Below are positions 53,052-62,000 of a stretch of DNA of 64,000 bases, piece after piece; positions within the stretch are counted from its first letter, which is position 1, and the number at the start of each line of letters is the position of its first letter. The stretch covers positions 544,001-608,000 of the forward strand of contig JAFATB010000014.1 of the NCBI GenBank assembly GCA_019244185.1, read 5' to 3'. The DNA is from Acidobacteriota bacterium (GTDB lineage: Bacteria; Acidobacteriota; Thermoanaerobaculia; Gp7-AA8). The notes under the pieces were generated by a model, which was not told where the DNA came from, did not search any database, and worked only from the letters and a program-made list of their open reading frames with translations. Position numbers and translations under genes: made by a program.

Positions 53052-56000
53052 ATGATGGCTCTGCGTCGTCTACGTCTCGCTTTGATCCTGAGTGCGATCG
53101 TTTGGGTACCTCTCGCACATGCCGCCACCTCGGACTATCGAGTCCTGATCGACGCGGACAACAACGCAGCCACCGGCTGCTTCGTCGGGGCCATCCCCGG
53201 CATCGATCAGGTGTTGACGACGCGCGTGACGACAACGGATACGGATGGTTCCGTGACGTTGACGCAGCGGCAGGTCTGCTCGACCGGCGTGCTCGGCGCG
53301 CCGATCACGATCAGCACGACCCCGTGGCCGGCCGGCTTTAACGCGAGCAGCGGCAGTCTCCTCATCGAGACCCGCATCCCGTACTCGGCCTTCAGCGGCG
53401 GCGTCGCGCCCGAGGTCATGCATCTCTACTTTGACGGTACGCTCGGCGTCGCGAATCAGATTGTCACGACCAAGCCGAACGGCGATCCGATCCTCTATCC
53501 GACGGCGCCCGCGGGACGGCGTCACTCGGTGCACGTCGGCGACCCGCGCATGATCACGCTCGACGGGCTCGCCACGGACTGGGGCATGATCTCGCCGCTC
53601 GTCGAAGGGCTCGCCTCGGGCGGCACGCAGGCGCTGCGCCTCATCAAGATCTACGCGTTCTCGAATCCGAACGACGGATTCATCTACTTCCGCTTCGACG
53701 CGAACATCTCCACGAACAGCCCCTTCGCGGCCGACGACACGTACTCGCGCGCGCACGGCGCCGGCCTCACCGTTCCGGCGCCGGGCGTCCTCGCGAATGA
53801 CGGCGACCCGAACGGCGCGCCGCTCACCGCGAGCCCGGTCGGTTCGCCTGCCCGCGGCACCGTCACGCTCAACCCCGACGGCAGCTTCACGTACGCGCCG
53901 GACGATCCGACCTCGAACACGGCCGACAGCTTCGACTACAAGGCCTCGAACGGCTCGAAGGACTCGAACGTCGCGCACGTCACCATCAAGGTGTCGACGT
54001 CGACCAACACCGCGCCGCATGCGAACGCCGACTCGTACAGCACCACGGAAGACGTGCCGCTCGTCGTGCCGCCTCCGGGCGTGCTCGCGAACGACCACGA
54101 CGATGAATCCGATCCGCTGACCGTGACCCTCGGCGCGAACGCGACGCACGGCGACGTCGTGCTGCAGGCGAACGGCGGCTTCACATACACGCCGGACGCG
54201 AACTACTTCGGCGCCGACAGCTTCACCTACACCGTCAGCGACGGCCACGCCACCGCGACGGCGACGGTCACGATCGCCGTGACCAGCGTCAACGATCCGC
54301 CGAAGGTGACCGACGCGGCGTTCTCGATTCCGGAGAACAGCCCGAACGGCACCGCCGTCGGCACCGTGCACGTCACCGACAACGACGTCGCCGACAGCCA
54401 CACCTTCTCCATCACGGCCGGCAACACCGGCAACGCGTTCGCGATCAACGCCACCAGCGGCGCGATCACCGTGGCGAACACGACCGCGCTCAACTTCGAG
54501 ACCACGCCGTCGTTCACGCTGACCGTGCACGTCGTCGACAACGGCGTGCCGAACAAGTCGGACAACGGAACGGTCACCATCACGCTCACCGACGTGAACG
54601 ACAAGCCGGTGGCGCAGCCGGATTCCTACACGATCGGCGAAGACGGCACGCTCACCGTGCCGGCGCCCGGCGTGCTCGCGAATGATTCCGATCAGGATGC
54701 GGGCACGACGCTCACCGCGGTCCAGAACGTCGCGCCGCTGCACGCGGCGTCGTTCGCGCTCAACGCGGACGGCTCCTTTACGTACGTCCCGGCCGCGAAC
54801 TACAACGGCACGGACTCGTTCAGCTACCACGCGCACGACGGCTCGCTCGACTCCGACGTCGTGCTCGTCACGATCACGATCACGCCGGTCAACGACACCC
54901 CGAGCTTCACGGGATCCGGCGACGTCTCGTCGCCCGAGGATGTCGCGTACAGCGCGACGTGGGCGACGGCGATCAGCAAAGGACCGAGCGACGAGAACGC
55001 GCAGACGCTGACGTTCAACGTCAGCAACGATGCGAACGCGCTCTTCAGCGTGCAGCCGGCGATCGCCGCCGACGGAACACTGACGTTCACCCCGGCCCCG
55101 AATGCGGTCGGCCTGGCGCACGTCACCGTCACGCTTTCCGATAACGGCGACGGCGCGAACACGTCCGCGCCGGTCAACTTCACGATCAACATCACGGCGG
55201 TCAACGACGCTCCGGTGCTCACGGCGGGCGGCGCATCTCCGGCGTTCACCGAAGACGGCGCGCCGGTCGCGATCGATCCGTCGATCAGCGTGAGCGACGT
55301 CGACGACGCGAACCTCGAGTCGGCGACGATCACCATCACGAACCTTCTCGACAGCGGCTCCGAGACGCTGGCGGCGAACACCGCCGGCACGTCGATCACC
55401 GCGGTCTACAGCGCGCCGACGCTGACGCTGTCCGGCAGCGACACGCTGGCGAACTACCAGCAGGTGCTTCGCAGCATCACGTACGCGAACAGCGCGCAGG
55501 ATCCGAACACGACCGCGCGCAGCATCAGCATCGTCGTCAACGACGGCGACGTGAACAGCAACACGGTCACGAAGACGATGAGCGTCACCGCGGTCAACGA
55601 CGCGCCCGTCGTGACGACGAGCGGCGGCACGACCGCGTTCGTCGAAGACTCCGCGGCCGTCGTCGTCGACAACGCGCTCACGATCACCGACGTCGACTCG
55701 ACGACGCTGACCGGCGCGACCGTCACGATCTCGAACCTCCTCGACAGCGGCGCCGAGACGCTGGCCGCGCCGACGCTCGTCGGCGGCGTGACCGCCGTGT
55801 ACGTCGCGCCGACGCTCACCTTCACCGGCACGGCCACGCTCGCGCAGTACGAGACGATGCTCCGCGCGGTGACGTACAACGACGCCGCCAACGCGCCGAA
55901 CACGACCGCGCGCATCATCTCCTTCCAGGTCAACGACGGTGCCGCGGCGAACAACCTCTCCAACGTCGCCACCAAGAACGTCTCCGTGACGCCGACCAAC

Positions 56001-59000
56001 GACGCGCCGGTGCTCGTCGCCGGCCACACGGTCGCGTACACCGAGAACGGCAGCCCCGTCACGCTCGAGCCGGCGCTCACGATCACCGATCCCGACTCCG
56101 CGACGATGCAGTCGGCGGCGGTGCTCGTCTCCGGAAATGCAGGTGCCGGCGACGTCCTCGCGTGCCCCGCGTGCGGCACGACCGTCCCGGGCATCACCGC
56201 GATCTTCAGCAGCGGGACGCTGCAGCTCTCCGGCGTCGACACGCTCGCGAATTACCAGACCGCGCTGCGCAGCGTCACGTACGCCAACGCCAGCGACGCC
56301 CCGTCCACCGCGCAGCGCGGAATCGACTGGTTCGTGACGGACGCCGGCGGCCTCCAGAGCCAGGACGACGCGCAGAACGACACGCTCGTCAACGTCACCG
56401 CCGTCAACGACGCGCCGGTCGTCACGACCAGCGGCGGCACGACCGCGTTCGTCGAAGACGCCGGCCCGGTCGCCGTCGACAGCGGCCTCACCGTCACCGA
56501 CGTCGACTCGACGACGCTCACCGGTGCGACGGTCACCATCACGAACGTTCTCGACGGCGCGGCGGAAGCCCTCGCGGCACCGTCACTCCTCGGCGGCGTC
56601 ACGGCGAGCTACAACGCCGGCGTGCTGACGCTGAGCGGCACCACGACCCTCGCCAACTACCAGGCCATGCTCCGCGCCGTCACCTACGACAACGCGTCGG
56701 ACACGCCGGCCACCACCAGCCGCACGATCGCGTTCCAGGTCAACGACGGCGGCGCGGTGAACAACCTCTCCACCGTCGCCAACCAGACCGTCTCCGTCAC
56801 GCCGACGAATGACGCGCCGGTCGTCACCACCACCGGGACGACCAGCGCCTTCACCGAAGACGGCTCGCCGGTCGCCGTCGACGGCGGCGTCACGATCAGC
56901 GACGTCGACAGCGCGAACCTCACCGGCGCGACCGTCACGATCACGAACCTCCTCGACAGCGGTGCGGAAACGCTCGCCGCGCCGACGCTGCTCGGCGGCG
57001 TCACCGCCAGCTACGTTGCGCCGACGCTCACGCTCACCGGCACCGCGACGCTTGCGCAGTATCAGACCATGCTGCGGGCGGTCACGTACACGAACTCCTC
57101 GAACGACCCGACCACGACCACGCGCGTCATCTCGTTCCAGGTGAACGACGGCGGCGCGGTGAACAACCTCTCGAACACCGCCACGAAGAACGTTTCCATC
57201 ACCGCGTCGAACGACGCGTCCGTGGTGACGACCAGCGGCGGCACGAGCGCGTTCGTCGAAGACTCGCCCGCCGTCGTCGTCGACGGTTCGGTGAGCGTCA
57301 CCGACATCGACTCGACCACGCTCACGGGCGCGACGGTCACGATCACGAACCTCCTCGACGGCAGCGCCGAATCGCTGGCCGCGCCGACGCTCCTCGGCGG
57401 TGTGACCGCGAGCTACAACGCCGGCACGCTGACCTTCAGCGGCACGACCTCGCTCGCCAACTACCAGACCATGCTCCGCGCGGTGACGTACGACAACTCG
57501 TCGAACGCGCCGAGCACCACCGCCCGCGTCATCGCCTTCCAGGTGAATGACGGCGGCGCGGTGAACAACCTCTCGAACGTCGCCAACAAGAGCGTCTCCG
57601 TCACGGCGACGAACGACGCGCCGGTGGTCACGCCGACCGGCACGACGACGCCGTTCACCGAGGATGGCGGGGCGGTGGCGGTCGACAGCGGCGTCAGCGT
57701 GAGCGACGTCGATAGCGCGAACCTCACCAGCGCTACGGTCACGATCACGAACCTCCTCGACAGCGGCGCGGAAACGCTCGCCGCGCCGACGCTGCTCGGC
57801 GGCGTCACCGCGAGCTACGTCGCGCCGACGCTGACGCTCACCGGCACCGCGACCGTCGCGCAGTACCAGACGATGCTGCGGGCGGTGACGTACAACAACT
57901 CCTCGAACAACCCCACCACGACCACGCGCGTGCTCAACTTCCAGGTGAACGACGGCGGCGCCGTCAACAACCTGTCGAACGTCGGCGCGAAGAACGTCTC
58001 GATCACCGCCGTCAACGACGCGCCGGTGGTCACGACCACCGGCGGCTCGAGCGCGTTCGTCGAAGACTCGCCCGCGGTCGCGGTCGACAACGGACTGACA
58101 ATCACCGACATCGACTCGACGAACCTCACCGGCGCGACGGTCACGATCACGAACCTCCTCGACGGCGTGGCGGAATCGCTCACGGCGACCTCGCTCGTCG
58201 GCGGCGTCACCGCGAACTACGTCGGCGGCGTGCTCACCTTCACCGGCACGACGTCGCTCGCGAACTACCAGTCGATGTTGCGCGCGGTGACGTACAACAA
58301 CACGTCCAACACGCCCAACGTCACCGCTCGCGTCATCGCCTTCCAGGTCAATGACGGCGGAGCGGCGAACAACCTCTCGAACGTCGCGACGAAGACCGTC
58401 AGCGTCACCGCGACGAACGACGCGCCGGTCGTCACCACGACTGCCGCGATCACCAGCTTCACCGAAGGCGCCGGCGCGGTCGCGATCGATTCGCTGGTCG
58501 CCGTCACCGACGTCGACTCGCCGACCCTCGGCAGCGCCGTTATCACGATCACGAACCTGCAGGACGCGGGACTGGAGACGCTGGCCGCGCCGACGCTGCT
58601 CGGCGGTGTGACCGCGAGCTACGTCGCGCCCACGCTCACGCTCACCGGCACGGCCACGGTCGCGCAGTATCAGACGATGCTGCAGGCCATCACGTACAAC
58701 AACTCCTCGAACGCGCCGAACACCACCAACCGCTCGGTCTCGTACCAGGTGAATGACGGCAGCGCCAACAGCAACGTCGCGACGAAGACGGTCAGCGTGA
58801 CGTCCGTCAACAGCGTCCCGGTCGTCACGACGTCGGCGGGCACGTCGGCGTTCGTCGAAGACGCGGCTCCGGTCGTGGTCGACGCCGGCGTCACCGTCAC
58901 CGATCCCGACACCGCGACGCTCGCCTCGGCGACCGTCACGATCGCGAACCTTCTCGACAGCGGCGCCGAAACGCTGGCCGCGCCGACGCTGCTCGGCGGC

Positions 59001-62000
59001 GTCACGGCGAGCTACGTCGCTCCGACGCTGACCCTCACCGGCACGGCCACGCTCGCGCAGTACCAGACCATGCTCCGCGCGGTCACGTACAACAACGCGT
59101 CGAACACGCCGAACGTCACCGTGCGCACGATCAACTTCCAGGTCGATGACGGCCAGAGCACGAACCACCAGAGCGCAGTCGCCTCGAAGAGCGTCAGCGT
59201 GACGCCGTCGAACGACGCGCCGGTCGTGACGACCAGCGGCGGCACGGCCGCGTTCACCGAGGATGGGGGAGCGGTGGCGGTGGACAACGGCGTGACCGTG
59301 ACGGACGTGGATTCCGGCACGCTCGCCAGCGCCACCATCACCATCACGAACCTGCTCGACAGCGGCGCGGAAACGCTCGCCGCGCCGACGCTCCTCGGCG
59401 GCGCGACTGCCAGCTACGTCGCTCCGACGCTCACCATCACCGGCGTCACGACGCTTTCCAACTACCAGACGATGCTGCGCGCGGTGACGTACAACAACAC
59501 CTCGCAGAATCCGAACGGCACCACGCGCACGATCTCGTTCACGGTCAACGACGGCGCCGCCAACAGCAACACGGCGACGCGCGGCGTGACCGTGGCGTCG
59601 GTCAACGACGCGCCGGTCGTCACGACCAGCGGCGGCACCAGCGCGTTCGTCGAAGACTCGCCGGCCATCGCCGTCGACAACGCGCTCACGGTGACCGACG
59701 TCGACTCGGCGAACCTCACCGGCGCGACGGTCACGATCACGAACCTGCTCGACGCCGGCGCGGAAACGCTGGCCGCGCCGACGCTGCTCGCCGGCGCCAC
59801 CGCGAGCTACGTCGCGCCGACGCTGACCATCAGCGGCACGGCCACGCTCGCCCAGTACCAGACCATGCTCCGCGCGGTGACGTACAACAACTCGTCGAAC
59901 ACGCCGTCGACCACGAACCGCTCCATCTCGTTCCAGGTCAACGACGGCGCGGGCGTGAACAACCTCTCCAACGTCGCCAGCAAGACCGTCTCGATCACGC
60001 CGACGAACGATCCGCCGGTGCTCACGGTCAGCGGCTCGCTCAGCTACACCGAGAACCAGGCGCCGGCTGCGCTCGGCGTCACGGCGTCCGTGACCGACGT
60101 CGACTCGACGAACATCACCTCCGCGACCGTGACGATCTCCGCCGGCTTCCAGAGCGGCGCCGACGTCCTCGGCTTCACGACGCAGAACGGCATCACCGGC
60201 AACTACGTCGCGCCGACGCTGACCCTCAGCGGCTCCGCGACGCTGGCGCAGTACGCCGCGGCGCTGCAGAGCGTCACCTACCAGAACACCTCGGACGATC
60301 CGACGACGGCCGCGCGCACGGTCACGTTCCAGGTCAACGACGGCAGCGCGAACAGCAACACGCAGACGTCGACGATCAGCGTCACCGCGACCAACGACCC
60401 GCCGGTCAACAACGTCCCGACGAATGCGCAGTCGGTGAACGAAGACACGCCGCTCACCTTCACCGGCGCGGGCAACATCGTCTCGATCACCGATCCGGAC
60501 GCGCAGTCGGGGAACATCTCCGTCGAGATCAAGACCACCAACGGCACGACCACGATCGTCACGCCGACGGGCCTCACGTTCGCCCCGCCGGCGGGCAACG
60601 GCACCGCCGACTACACGATCAGCGGCACGCTCGCCAACGTGAACGCGTCGCTGGCCACGCTGCGCTTCAACCCGACGGCCGACTTCCCGTTCGCCGCCGC
60701 CTCGGGCACCGCGTCGATTCAGCTCATCACGACCGATAACGGCAATACGCCGGCGCCGGCGAAGGGCGACGACGACACCTTCAACATCACCGTCAACCAG
60801 GTCAACGATCCGCCGACGGCGGGCAGCGACACGTTCGACACCATCGGCAACACCGAGCTGCGCGTCGACATCGGCGTGGCCGGCACGACGCCGAACGTGG
60901 TCAAGACCAGCGTCACCACCCTCAAAGGCGTTCTCGGGAACGACTCCGACAACCCGAACGAGAACAATCCGTTCACCGTCACGTCGATCGTCGGCTGCGC
61001 CGACATGAGCAACTGCACCCTCGCGTCGGGCTCGATCGTCTCGATGAACAGCAACGGCACGTTCACCTTCAAGCCGTCGCCGACGATCCCCACCGGTGCA
61101 CCGGCCTCGGACACGTTCCAGTACGTCATCACCGACCAGCCGGCCGGCGGCACGCCGCAGACGGCGACCGGCACCGTCACGATCCACATCTTTGACAAGG
61201 TGTGGTACGTGAAGGAAGGCGGCACGGGCAACGGCCGCTCCGATTCACCGCTCGGTGCCTTCACGACTCTCAACGGCGCAGGCGGCGCCGGCGACGTCGA
61301 CGCCGCGGGCGACTACATCTTCGTGCAGCGCAACTCGACCAACCCGGTCAACGGTCCGATCGAGCTCGAGGCGAATCAGCACCTGCTCGGTGAGGGCGTC
61401 GGTCTTTCGATCCCGCGCGCGCTCAACGGCAACGCCTCGCCGGTCAATCTCGTCGCGGCCGGCACGAAGCCGCCGATCGCTTCGGCGAGCGACGCCGTCC
61501 AGATCAAGGCGGCCATGCCGGTCGAAGTGCGCGGTCTCGACATCAGCGCGAGCGGCGGCAACGACGTCGATCTCACGGCCACCGGAGCGTTCAGCGGTTC
61601 GCCGACGCTGACGATCTCCGACAACGTCTTCACGACGGCGTCTGCGGAAGACGTCGACGTCAACGCCGGCGCGACCGGCACGCTGGGTCTCACGATCCAG
61701 AACAACAGCTGGGGCACAGGCGCTCACGGCAACAACGGCATCGACATCCGCACGACGGCCGCGAATACGCTGAACCTCCTCGTGGCGAACAACACCGGCA
61801 TCGGAGTGACCGGCACCGGCATCCTGATCGACGGCAGCGGTGCGACCGTCACCATCACCGACTTCTCCAGCAACACGATCACCGGCGCCACCGGCGGGAC
61901 CGGCATCTCGATCAACAACGCCAAGTTCGACCAGACCCCGACCGGCGGCTTCCAGGCCGTCTCCGGCGGCACGACGACCATCGGCGTGACCGGCAACGGC

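Noticed and set aside
55203-60392. Repeat array as CRISPR or a mobile element
   Set aside because: The units are ~400-bp in-frame coding domains with no spacers, cas genes or transposase.
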